From Betaproteobacteria bacterium (GTDB taxonomy: Bacteria; Pseudomonadota; Gammaproteobacteria; Burkholderiales; Methylophilaceae), in assembly GCA_016867975.1 (NCBI GenBank), contig VGIC01000004.1:11252-75251 (forward strand): a stretch of DNA of 64,000 bases. Reading direction: 5' to 3'. Each line of letters begins with the position of its first letter. Positions within the stretch are counted from its first letter, which is position 1. Position numbers and translations under genes: made by a program. Below are positions 35,895 through 44,773 of this stretch, piece by piece. The notes beneath the pieces are model-generated. The model saw nothing but the letters and a program-made list of their open reading frames with translations. It had not been told where the DNA came from and did no database searches.

Positions 35895-36539
35895 TTAGAT
35901 TTTAAGGGTGTCTTGCATGAAGTGAACCTTGCCTGTACTAATGTCATACACTGCACCGATGATTGCGATTTTTTTGTCTTGTATCATGTCGGTGACAATG
36001 TCGCTACTACGGATGATGGTGTCAATTTGATGTTGCACGCTCAGGCGGTTAATTTTTTCCACGAAATCAGGGTTTTTTGAGCACCGATCTTCTGGGTTTG
36101 TAATGGTTTTTTCATGTCTAATCGCCGGTTTAATCAAATTGATAATCTCACCAATGTGACCATCCATAAAGTTATCGCAGGCTGCTTTAACTGCACCGCA
36201 TGAGGTATGCCCCATCACCACAATCAGCTTGCTGCCTAAATATTTGCTGGCAAACTCTAGGCTGCCAATGGCTTTGTCTGAGGCGATATTGCCTGCCAAA
36301 CGCACACTAAATATATCCCCCAGCGCTTGATCAAATACCAACTCTACTGGAGCGCGAGAATCACTGCAGCTTAAAAAAGAAGCAAAAGGGTGTTGCTTGT
36401 CCTTGGTTTGGTGGATGAGCGTTTGAAAGTCTTTGTCTTCCTCGCAGTCAGACAAAAAACGCTGATTACCTTCAATCAAAATATCCAGCGCCTCTTGCGG
36501 CGTCATTTTGTCACGGTCTAATAACGGGTGTTTATACAT
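35895..36539 (-). CDS. Beta-class carbonic anhydrase
   Basis: EGNQRF, CSDSR and GHTSCGAV zinc-ligand motifs; GDIFSVRLAGN. Confidence 0.95.
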   Translation of the reverse strand: MYKHPLLDRDKMTPQEALDILIEGNQRFLSDCEEDKDFQTLIHQTKDKQHPFASFLSCSDSRAPVELVFDQALGDIFSVRLAGNIASDKAIGSLEFASKYLGSKLIVVMGHTSCGAVKAACDNFMDGHIGEIINLIKPAIRHEKTITNPEDRCSKNPDFVEKINRLSVQHQIDTIIRSSDIVTDMIQDKKIAIIGAVYDISTGKVHFMQDTLKI

Positions 36540-36555
36540 CAGGTTCTCCTTATTA

Positions 36556-38100
36556 TTAACTCTTAGGTTGTATAAATGCTACTTTTTCTACTGTAATGTT
36601 TTTGAGTTTTGCATGTAACTCGTAGTCACGTAAATACTCTGCCACATCATAAGAAATGGATTTGGACTTAGTGCAATCGAGAATCACCTTAGCGTTGGCA
36701 GGTATGGCCTCCAAAGCCTCAATGATGCGTGCCTTGTTAAAGAAAGAGACTTCTTCTGCCAACACAATATGGTGTACCTCGTGACCTTCTTCTGTGGTTT
36801 GAATGTCTTTCATATGGTAAGAATTACGGTAGCTGTGGTGCAAGGCAAAACCCAGCCCCACCAGCAAACCTAAACCAATACCAGTCAGCAAATCTGTGAA
36901 TACAATGGCGACAATCGTCACCATGAAGGGGGAAAACTGTTCCCAACCCAGCGCATACATTTGTTTAAACAAAGCGGGTTTTGCTAGTTTATAACCTACA
37001 ATAATCAAGATAGTCGCCAAGCTCGCCAACGGAATTAAGTTCAAATAACTGGCAATGGTAATGGCGCTGATTAACAACCAAAAGCCATGCAATATGGCTG
37101 ATAACTTGGTTCTCGCGCCAAAGGTAATGTTAGCAGAGCTACGCACAATCACTTGCGTGACGGGCAAGCCGCCGATTAAACCTGAAAGCATGTTGCCCAA
37201 GCCTTGCGCCTTAAGCTCTTGGTTGGTAGGCGTCACGCGTTTCAGGGGGTCTAATTTATCAGTCGCTTCGACGCACAATAAGGTTTCCAAGCTTGCCACG
37301 ATGGCTAATACAATCGCCGTTTTAATGACCGCCACATTATTCCACTGGCTAAAGTCCGGGTAAGTAAAGAAACTCACAAACTCACCTACACTATTGGCTA
37401 CCGGTAAACTGACAATCTGACTAGGTTCTAAACTGAATGGTAATAAGCCTTTTTGATACGTCACATTCATGGCAATACCGACCAATACCACCACAATTGG
37501 ACCTTGCAATACTTGAAAAAACTTATGCTTTTTAGTGAGAAACACATCCCACAAAATAAGGATTGCGAATGAAATCAAGGCAATCGTCACTGCCCCGGGC
37601 GTTAAATAGTCCCAAGCGTTGGAGAGCGTTGTAAAGGTATTTTCACCTGACGCCTGCTCAAACGACATACTTCCCTCAAAGTCTGCATCATAGCCAAAGG
37701 CATGCGGGATTTGTTTTAAGATGATCAATAAACCAATACCGGTGAGCATGCCCTTAATGACCGATGAGGGCACAAAATAGGCGACAAACCCCGCTTTAAA
37801 AAACCCCAAGGCATATTGAATCGCGCCCGCCAACACCACCGCGAGCAAAAAGGCCTCAAAGCTGCCAAGCGCACCAATTGCGGTGAGCACAATCACGGCC
37901 AAGCCGGCGGCCGGGCCACTGACACCTAACTGAGAACCACTAAAAATACCAACGACGATACCGCCCACAATGCCCGCAATAATGCCGGAAAATAATGGCG
38001 CGCCTGAAGCCAAAGCGATGCCCAAACACAAAGGCAGAGCGACGAAAAATACCACGATACTTGCCGGCAAGTCACTTTTAAATTCTTTAAATAATTGCAT
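36556..38100 (-). CDS. SulP-family anion permease with STAS-like tail (probably bicarbonate)
   Basis: SDLPASIVVFFVALPLCLGIALASG, VSGPAAGL, NQELKAQG, VIVRSSAN and a short STAS-like C-domain; AGGGAG RBS before the ATG at 38100. Confidence 0.92.
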   Translation of the reverse strand: MQLFKEFKSDLPASIVVFFVALPLCLGIALASGAPLFSGIIAGIVGGIVVGIFSGSQLGVSGPAAGLAVIVLTAIGALGSFEAFLLAVVLAGAIQYALGFFKAGFVAYFVPSSVIKGMLTGIGLLIILKQIPHAFGYDADFEGSMSFEQASGENTFTTLSNAWDYLTPGAVTIALISFAILILWDVFLTKKHKFFQVLQGPIVVVLVGIAMNVTYQKGLLPFSLEPSQIVSLPVANSVGEFVSFFTYPDFSQWNNVAVIKTAIVLAIVASLETLLCVEATDKLDPLKRVTPTNQELKAQGLGNMLSGLIGGLPVTQVIVRSSANITFGARTKLSAILHGFWLLISAITIASYLNLIPLASLATILIIVGYKLAKPALFKQMYALGWEQFSPFMVTIVAIVFTDLLTGIGLGLLVGLGFALHHSYRNSYHMKDIQTTEEGHEVHHIVLAEEVSFFNKARIIEALEAIPANAKVILDCTKSKSISYDVAEYLRDYELHAKLKNITVEKVAFIQPKS

Positions 38101-38116
38101 GTTAGTGAAACTCCCT

Positions 38117-38401
38117 GAGACCTTTGCACAAAGCATTTTTAACCTAAAAATCTATCAAGTTTGTCATTCCGGCGGAGGCCGGAATCCAGACAGGCTCCAT
38201 AGCCAACTAAAATAACTTTAGCAAGGGCGATTGTTAACTAAACTATAAAAACAATAGGTTATATTGATTTTTCCGACATTATTTTCACTAAAGTTACTAC
38301 TCTAAATGTCACCTTGCCTAGATTCCGGCCTCCGCCGGAATGACGGGTTTTTGATATTTTAGTTAAAAATTGAACCATTTTTTGTTTTGTGCAAAGGTCT
38401 C
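38117..38401. mobile_element. 285-bp nested-palindrome MITE with GAGACCTTTGCA ends and an inverted REP-like doublet
   Basis: Perfect 16-bp TIR GAGACCTTTGCACAAA; subterminal AT-rich IR; inner 27-bp IR GTCATTCCGGCGGAGGCCGGAATCCAG (38163-38189 vs 38318-38344, 26/27). Confidence 0.8.
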
Positions 38402-38523
38402 TCTCTGTTATTAAATAGTGGCTTAAGCTAATACAGATGACGACTGCGCATATGCCTTAAACCACAAAAACCCTGCTTGTGAATATTCACAGGCAGGGCA
38501 GCTTACCAGCCGATATATTACAG

Positions 38524-38802
38524 TCAGTCTTTACTGCCTTCCAAATAAGGTTGTTTACCCAACATATTGATTCGCAATTTTTGATATTCAGTCGGGCCGT
38601 CTTTGGCCTTATCTTCTCCAGTCACCTTCGTCGCACCTTCCCAACCTTCTTCTTTGTTGTTTGCAGACTCATCCGGCAATTGCTGATATGGGCGCTTGGA
38701 CAGGTTCTGGTTGTTTACATTATCCTTGTCAGTTGCATATGCCAAACCACTCGCCAACAAAATCGCGGTAGATACAATCACTGCCAAATTAAAGCTTTTC
38801 AT
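38524..38802 (-). CDS. Small secreted protein B (two KRPY-like motifs flanking GWEGAT)
   Basis: AGGAG RBS, signal peptide (LAYA-T); paralogous to 38838-39110 with a 20-bp identical stretch. Confidence 0.85.
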   Translation of the reverse strand: MKSFNLAVIVSTAILLASGLAYATDKDNVNNQNLSKRPYQQLPDESANNKEEGWEGATKVTGEDKAKDGPTEYQKLRINMLGKQPYLEGSKD

Positions 38803-38837
38803 GTCCATCTCCTAATCCCTTATTCGCACACTCACTA

Positions 38838-39110
38838 TTAATATGGACGCTTAGACAAATTATTGAGACGTTGTACGTGCTGTTTCTGATCTACAGCATT
38901 GCCATCTTCACTTACTTCGCCACGCACCAATGTCGCACCTTCGAAGCCATCAGCTTTTTGATAAGCACTCTCAGGCAGAGGTTGTGCATAGGCACGTTTT
39001 GCGAAGTTTTGATTGTGTACATTTTTCTTGTACGCATCTTCCGCATTGGCCAAACCAGAAGCCATTAAAGCTACTGCTGATACAATCACTGCCAAATTCA
39101 TCGTTTTCAT
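38838..39110 (-). CDS. Small secreted protein A (two KRPY-like motifs flanking GFEGAT)
   Basis: AAGGAG RBS, signal peptide (LANA-E), paralogy with the downstream gene. Confidence 0.85.
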   Translation of the reverse strand: MKTMNLAVIVSAVALMASGLANAEDAYKKNVHNQNFAKRAYAQPLPESAYQKADGFEGATLVRGEVSEDGNAVDQKQHVQRLNNLSKRPY

Positions 39111-39203
39111 GTTCATCTCCTTCATCAATTACTGCTTCGTTAATTTAAGTTTCAATCGCTTTGTTGATGGAACGCATTATGCAGGGGCTTAGTCAATGAA
39201 AAA

Positions 39204-39221
39204 TCTACCAAAATAGGTAGA
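39204..39221. promoter_or_regulatory. Palindrome in the divergent peptide/luxR promoter (candidate LuxR/NarL-type operator)
   Basis: TCTACC-aaaata-GGTAGA. Confidence 0.5.
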
Positions 39222-39242
39222 ACGGTATATACTATATGGCAT

Positions 39243-40004
39243 ATGCCAAATGACATATCACACACGATTGAGCAGCCCGCCAGCGCACGAGCGTTGCGGC
39301 AAAGCCTGAAACAGACACAGGCCAATGATACGCATCTGCGCCTTTACCAGAATCTGGGTCAGCAATTATTTGAACATGGCTGGAGTGCAGCCACTGCATC
39401 CAATCTGCTACATTCCCTTTGCACCTTACTCTCGGCACAGCACGCCATATTGGCGATAGAGGACTCCGGCAAGTTGATTGTATCCAGCCAAGTCGGTCAG
39501 GCCCTGCCAGTAGGCGCCAGGATTCCCATGATGGGCATACTGGCAATGATGTTGAAAAACCCAGTCAATTTTACGCTGTATGAGAACAAGAATACGCAAT
39601 TATGGACACATGGTGAGGCTGCCCACCATGAATGCTTGATCCCCATCGCGCTGAACCGCCATGGCGTGGGCATCATTGCGCTTTCCGGCAAAAAGCTCAC
39701 GCTGAACCCGGCAGAAATCGAGTCTTTACAAGCGTTTGCAGGCCTGTTGGCGCTCGCCATCTCCCAGCACCAAAACCCGACACGTAGCGAGGCGGATCAA
39801 ACCATCCTGGAAGCGTTAACCCCAAGGGAACGCGAGATTCTGGCCTTGCTGCCTTCCGGCCTAAGCAACAACGAGCTGGGTGCAAAGCTCGGCATTGCGC
39901 CTGGCACAGCCAAAATCCACGTCGAGCGCGTGCTGAGTAAGCTGGGCGTCAAGGACAGGACACAAGCGGCTGTGAAAGCGGTTGAACTGGGGTACAAAGC
40001 ATGA
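39243..40004 (+). CDS. GAF-like domain plus LuxR-type HTH regulator (no receiver domain)
   Basis: C-terminal LTPREREILALL..GLSNNELG..LGIAPGTAKIHVERVLSKLG; N-terminal IPIAL..GVGIIAL..LQAFAGLLALAI, GAF-like. Confidence 0.88.
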   Translation: MPNDISHTIEQPASARALRQSLKQTQANDTHLRLYQNLGQQLFEHGWSAATASNLLHSLCTLLSAQHAILAIEDSGKLIVSSQVGQALPVGARIPMMGILAMMLKNPVNFTLYENKNTQLWTHGEAAHHECLIPIALNRHGVGIIALSGKKLTLNPAEIESLQAFAGLLALAISQHQNPTRSEADQTILEALTPREREILALLPSGLSNNELGAKLGIAPGTAKIHVERVLSKLGVKDRTQAAVKAVELGYKA

Positions 40005-41941
40005 ACCCGCTTGGCCGCATTGCACAGGCTTGGCAGAACCTTCCCCTCGGGCTCAAGGGTGTTTTCGTCATTGCCCTTCCCTTGCTGGTCTTGCTGGCTT
40101 CTTTGGGCTCTCTGTATTTAAGGGAACAAGAATCCACACAGCTTGAAAACAAGCTCCGGCTGGCGCTGCAAAACCAGCGCGACATCCAGACCGTGCATAG
40201 CCAACTGCTGGAAGCTTCCACCGGTGTCAGGGATTACTTGCTGACTGGTGACAAACATTTTCTGAATATTTTTTTTCGCGTCGAGCAAGCTTTGCCAACG
40301 ACTCTTGTACAACTTCAAACCCAGCTGGAAAACGAAACGCAGAAGCAGCGCCTCGCCAGAATTACGCCTTTGGTTGAACAAAACCTGCATGATTTGCGCA
40401 TCATGTCTGAATACGAATCTGAGGTCGCCTCGGAAAACCTGATTGCCAAATTCAAATCGCAAGTGAACACACTGGATAAACTTCGCTACGAGATTGAACT
40501 GCTCAATGCGGAAGAAGCGATTTTGGTAGCCAAAGACCAGCAGGATGTCTTTGAGCAGCGACAGCGCAATATCACCATCACCTTACTGGCCGCCATTACC
40601 GGCATCATCGGCTCTTTGGTAGCCGTTTGGATATTCTCACGCACCATCGTCAAACGTGTACGATTGCTGAGAGACAGTGCAGCTCACCTGGCCAAGGCAG
40701 AAGCCTTGGACCTGCCCTCCAGCAGCCGTGACGAATTAGGACAACTCTCCGACGAGCTGGAACACGCTTCGCAATTACTGGCACAAAATATCAATGCCGC
40801 CAATCAGTCGCGGCATGAAGCCGAAGAGGCCAGCGCTGCAAAAAGCATGTTTTTATCTCGCACCAGCCATGAGCTGCGAACCCCGCTTAACGCGATTTTA
40901 GGGTTCGCCCAACTTTTGGAGCTGGATTTAGCACCAGGCAAGCAGTTGAATAGCGTTCAGCTGATTAAAGGCGCTGGCCAGCATTTGCTTAAGCTCATCA
41001 ACGAAGTGCTTGAAATCGCAAGAATCGAATCTGGTGAAACAACCCTAGAGCTTACGCCAGTTTCAATCAACAGCCTGCTGGAAGAGGCCGCGCATTATAT
41101 TGCCCCGATTGGTAAAGTGAGAGACATTGAGATTCGCTCTAACATCTCGCCTGATTTATGGGCAATGGCTAACCGGCAGAAGCTATTGCAGGTGACATTA
41201 AACCTGCTCTCCAACGCATTGAAATACGGCCCTGTCAGCTCTACTGTGCAGTTAAACGCCTATCGCCGCAGTGATGTGATTGTGATTGAAGTGCAGGACA
41301 CTGGTCCAGGCATCCCTGCCGACCTGAGAGAACGGGTGTTTACCCCATTTGACAGACTGGGCGCTGAGAATACCAAAGTGGAAGGCACAGGTTTGGGGCT
41401 GGCGCTATCCAAGCAGATTATGCTGGCGATGCATGGCAACATCCAGCTTGCAACAGACAAGAGCTTATTCTGGATAGAGATCACAGCCTGCGCTCCGGAT
41501 ATGTCTGTACCAGAGCAGGCTCAACAGACCAACATTAGCAAACCGGTGAGCCTGTCTGACAAACACTCTATTCTTTATGTGGAAGACAATATCAGTAACC
41601 GCGCTTTGGTCGAGGCGATTATCATGCGCCAGCGCGACTTACGCATCCATTGCGTATCCACCATCAAGGATGCCAAACGATACTTGGCAGAAGTACACCC
41701 TTCGGCATTGCTGATTGATTTAAACCTGCCAGATGGCTCAGGTGAGGAGTTGGTATATCACGTACTGAATGCGCCTGAGCTCAAAAATATTCCAATGATG
41801 ATTTTAAGTGCAGATGCGCTGCCAGATACTATCAGCCGTTTACAAGCCGCCGGCGTGGCAAGCTATATGACAAAGCCATTGGATGTTGCATTGTTCAATA
41901 AGCAAATCAGAGAACTTCTTCAAAATCAGGATCAATCATGA
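40001..41941 (+). CDS. Hybrid sensor histidine kinase (CHASE3, HAMP-like, HisKA, HATPase, REC)
   Basis: Two TM helices; STGVRDYLLTGD (CHASE3), SHELRTPLNAILGF, NALKY, DTGPG, GTGLGL; C-terminal receiver YVEDN..IDL..TKP. Confidence 0.92.
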   Translation: MNPLGRIAQAWQNLPLGLKGVFVIALPLLVLLASLGSLYLREQESTQLENKLRLALQNQRDIQTVHSQLLEASTGVRDYLLTGDKHFLNIFFRVEQALPTTLVQLQTQLENETQKQRLARITPLVEQNLHDLRIMSEYESEVASENLIAKFKSQVNTLDKLRYEIELLNAEEAILVAKDQQDVFEQRQRNITITLLAAITGIIGSLVAVWIFSRTIVKRVRLLRDSAAHLAKAEALDLPSSSRDELGQLSDELEHASQLLAQNINAANQSRHEAEEASAAKSMFLSRTSHELRTPLNAILGFAQLLELDLAPGKQLNSVQLIKGAGQHLLKLINEVLEIARIESGETTLELTPVSINSLLEEAAHYIAPIGKVRDIEIRSNISPDLWAMANRQKLLQVTLNLLSNALKYGPVSSTVQLNAYRRSDVIVIEVQDTGPGIPADLRERVFTPFDRLGAENTKVEGTGLGLALSKQIMLAMHGNIQLATDKSLFWIEITACAPDMSVPEQAQQTNISKPVSLSDKHSILYVEDNISNRALVEAIIMRQRDLRIHCVSTIKDAKRYLAEVHPSALLIDLNLPDGSGEELVYHVLNAPELKNIPMMILSADALPDTISRLQAAGVASYMTKPLDVALFNKQIRELLQNQDQS

Positions 41942-42405
41942 CCGAAGCAGACATTCTAAACGCTAAGATTCTCATCGTAGACGATGCAGAGGCCAATTTA
42001 AAGCTACTGGAAGATTTACTGGCAAGAGAGGGATTTCATCAAATCATCAGCACCGCAGACTCCACACGTGCATTGGATTTATTCAAAGCGTTTGAGCCGG
42101 ACTTAATCCTGCTGGACTTAATGATGCCCGAGTTAGATGGCTACGCGGTATTAGAAATACTCTCGCGCCATATCGCAAAAGATGAGTATCTACCGGTACT
42201 GGTACTGACGGCAGATGCCACCATTGGCGCAAAAAGAAAAGCCTTGGCTTTAGGGGCCAAGGACTTTTTAACTAAACCTTTTGATACCATTGAGGCGATG
42301 CTTCGCGTTTGGAACCTGCTTGAAACGCGCCTGTTGTATCGCCATTTGAAATCACTCAATGCCGACATTAAACCTGCGGTGCATTCACATCAATCTACTG
42401 AATAA
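41938..42405 (+). CDS. Single-domain response regulator (REC only)
   Basis: ILIVDD, LLDLMMP, LTA and FLTKPF motifs with only a short tail. Confidence 0.92.
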   Translation: MTEADILNAKILIVDDAEANLKLLEDLLAREGFHQIISTADSTRALDLFKAFEPDLILLDLMMPELDGYAVLEILSRHIAKDEYLPVLVLTADATIGAKRKALALGAKDFLTKPFDTIEAMLRVWNLLETRLLYRHLKSLNADIKPAVHSHQSTE

Positions 42406-42432
42406 CTAAGCTGCTGAATAAAAGCCCTGTAG

Positions 42433-43416
42433 TTATTGAGTAAGCATCGCCACTTGATTCAAAGCCACATCAGCACGTGCAGTTCTTTCAGTGATCTTAT
42501 TCAAATAAGCGATCGCTTGTGGATGCTCAGCATTTAATGACAGCACTTTTTTGAAGTGATCTTTAGCTTGTTCATAAGCTTGTGTTTCATACTCAGCTGC
42601 AGCCAAGTGAAACCAAGACTCAGCTACTTCAGGCTCGCTTTTTACCCAAGCTTGAGAAACCGCCAACAAAGATTTCCAATTTTTGGAAACATAAGGTTGC
42701 ACCACTTGCATAAAGTAAGGACGTTCCTTTTCACTTGCAGCCCAGAAAGGTTTTTTACTTTCAACCCCCAAAGCCTGAGCAGGCTTATCCATCAGTGACT
42801 GCACCCACTCTACCGGCATATAGAAATACTGTGCTTCGCTACCACGGCTTTTTAAGGTGATGATTCCCACCAGAGACCCAGTTTCATCAAACACGCCACC
42901 GCCACTAGCCCCTAATTTGAAAGGACTGCTTGCGCGTATTACCATACTGCCATCCATGGGAAACATTGCCTTAACGACACCATAAGTATTCACTGGCACA
43001 GTAGTCTCACCAGGATAGCCCACAGTAAAGACTGCGGTTTCATATTTCAAACTCTTAGTAGCATGCATCTTTGCTACAGGAGCTTCTAAATCAGCAACCG
43101 TAAGAATACATAAGTCATGGTGCCAATCCGGCTTGACTGACGTTGCTTCATGAGCGACACCATTCGCCACCACTTTTACATCACGTGCATCGGTCACCAC
43201 ATGGCAATTGGTCACCACTTGGTCTTTAGCAATGACCACTGCTGATCCAAGACCATCAGACCCATTATTGTGCTTTACTTGCACTCGCAACACTTGTGCA
43301 TTCAACTCGCGCACCATTTCATCGGTAGGCGTAGCCCAAGCATGATGAGTCAAACACCCCATGAAAACTGTCGAACCTAATATGGCTAGATTTAATACTC
43401 TAAGATAATGTTTCAT
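42433..43416 (-). CDS. Secreted trypsin-like (S1C) serine protease with C-terminal TPR
   Basis: Signal peptide; triad motifs TNCHV, HDLC and GASGGG; TPR-like AESWFHLAAAEY. Confidence 0.88.
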   Translation of the reverse strand: MKHYLRVLNLAILGSTVFMGCLTHHAWATPTDEMVRELNAQVLRVQVKHNNGSDGLGSAVVIAKDQVVTNCHVVTDARDVKVVANGVAHEATSVKPDWHHDLCILTVADLEAPVAKMHATKSLKYETAVFTVGYPGETTVPVNTYGVVKAMFPMDGSMVIRASSPFKLGASGGGVFDETGSLVGIITLKSRGSEAQYFYMPVEWVQSLMDKPAQALGVESKKPFWAASEKERPYFMQVVQPYVSKNWKSLLAVSQAWVKSEPEVAESWFHLAAAEYETQAYEQAKDHFKKVLSLNAEHPQAIAYLNKITERTARADVALNQVAMLTQ

Positions 43417-43550
43417 GATTGCTTGCCTCGCTTCACTAACTTAAACGTTGCTGACAATCACTACACTGCAATTACCGTTCCAACTAGAAAATATTTGGCG
43501 CAACCTACCATTAAACCTTTCATAAACAAATAGTTATAGAATTTTAAGAA

Positions 43551-43580
43551 AAGAAAAAGGCCTCTAGAATTTAGAGGCCT
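43551..43580 (-). terminator. Intrinsic terminator after the beta-barrel operon
   Basis: AGGCCTCTA/TAGAGGCCT stem with a U-tract on the minus strand. Confidence 0.7.
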
Positions 43581-43658
43581 CAAAAGACAATTACGCACAT
43601 TATCAGTGCGCTTGGTATTTAATGGTGCATGTTGCACCTGTAAGGAAAACACATTGAA

Positions 43659-44747
43659 CTAGTAAGCAAAAATAATGGCTGTTGTGGCAATCAAGTTATT
43701 TTGACTTGGCTCACCATGATTCAAATAGATTTTATCTTTACTGTGAAATTTTCTTAATTCCGCGCGTAAAGTAACATGACTTAACACTTTGAAATCAGCA
43801 TTTACTGAATAGCTCGTTGTTCTAAAACCAGATGGCGTGCCGGTATCAACAATCACCCCATCTTTATCCTGATAATATTCTGCCCTTGCCGTAAAGCCCA
43901 ACCTTTCAGAATAGGCGTATCTAGCAATCACAATCGGTGTAAACCATATATTATAGCGATTGCTGTTTTTCTCTTTTTGCTCTGCGCCAATGTCGAATCC
44001 GGTCAGCAGACTCCATTGATCACCCAACTGGTATTGCCCATAGAAATTATGAAAATAACGCATTTTGTGGGTTCTGTCTGACTTATCGTTACCAATAAAC
44101 GAGCTGCTATTGAGTGTAATCTTAGCGTTCGGTTTATAAGTGAGTTGATGCCCGAATGATGGCATCGTGTTCCCATCTGGTCGCTGGATGCGCTGCCAGC
44201 CGTTTAACAGCAACCCACTGGCATACCATCGGCCATCTTCTGAGGTATATGAAACTCTTACACCCGTCTCAAAATAAGGCGAATTGTCGGCAAGGATGCT
44301 CCTTGTCAATGTCCAGTTTTCTGCGCCTATGGCACTCTCAAAGCCAATATGCGAAGGCAAAACGCCAGCATCCAGCCACAAATCATGTGTATCGGACAAC
44401 TTCATCCCGACATTGACTTCAAAAATCTTTTGTAAATCATCAGGTTCGGCCGCGTAATTTGCCCGCATATAAGTCCCGGAGCCCAGTGAAAGATTCGCCC
44501 GAACACGGTCGGACTCCAGCTTGGCTTTGACTATGGCCAGATTGAGACTGGGCTTACCTGTTTTGTTGTGGCTATAAGCAAAACTTGGGCGCGTATCATC
44601 TGAGGCATGATCAAAGTCATGTATATGGTAAGTTTCCAGATACCCGCCAAAACTTAACTTAGCGCGCTCATCATCTACTGTCTCGTCGGCCAACAAAACT
44701 TTGGGCAAAGACAAGACAGCAATGAGTAGGATTTGCTTACTTTTCAC
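43659..44747 (-). CDS. Outer membrane porin, BBP2/OmpL-like family
   Basis: Signal peptide, LWLDAGVLPSHIGFE, NWTLTRSILADNSPYFETG, alternating beta-strands and C-terminal aromatic residue. Confidence 0.8.
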   Translation of the reverse strand: MKSKQILLIAVLSLPKVLLADETVDDERAKLSFGGYLETYHIHDFDHASDDTRPSFAYSHNKTGKPSLNLAIVKAKLESDRVRANLSLGSGTYMRANYAAEPDDLQKIFEVNVGMKLSDTHDLWLDAGVLPSHIGFESAIGAENWTLTRSILADNSPYFETGVRVSYTSEDGRWYASGLLLNGWQRIQRPDGNTMPSFGHQLTYKPNAKITLNSSSFIGNDKSDRTHKMRYFHNFYGQYQLGDQWSLLTGFDIGAEQKEKNSNRYNIWFTPIVIARYAYSERLGFTARAEYYQDKDGVIVDTGTPSGFRTTSYSVNADFKVLSHVTLRAELRKFHSKDKIYLNHGEPSQNNLIATTAIIFAY

Positions 44748-44773
44748 AATTAGCCATGCATTAAAAGCAATGA

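Noticed and set aside
43522-43537. Third copy of the ArsR-like operator (ATAAACAAATAGTTAT)
   Set aside because: 13/16 match to the core only, in AT-rich DNA, without flanking similarity.
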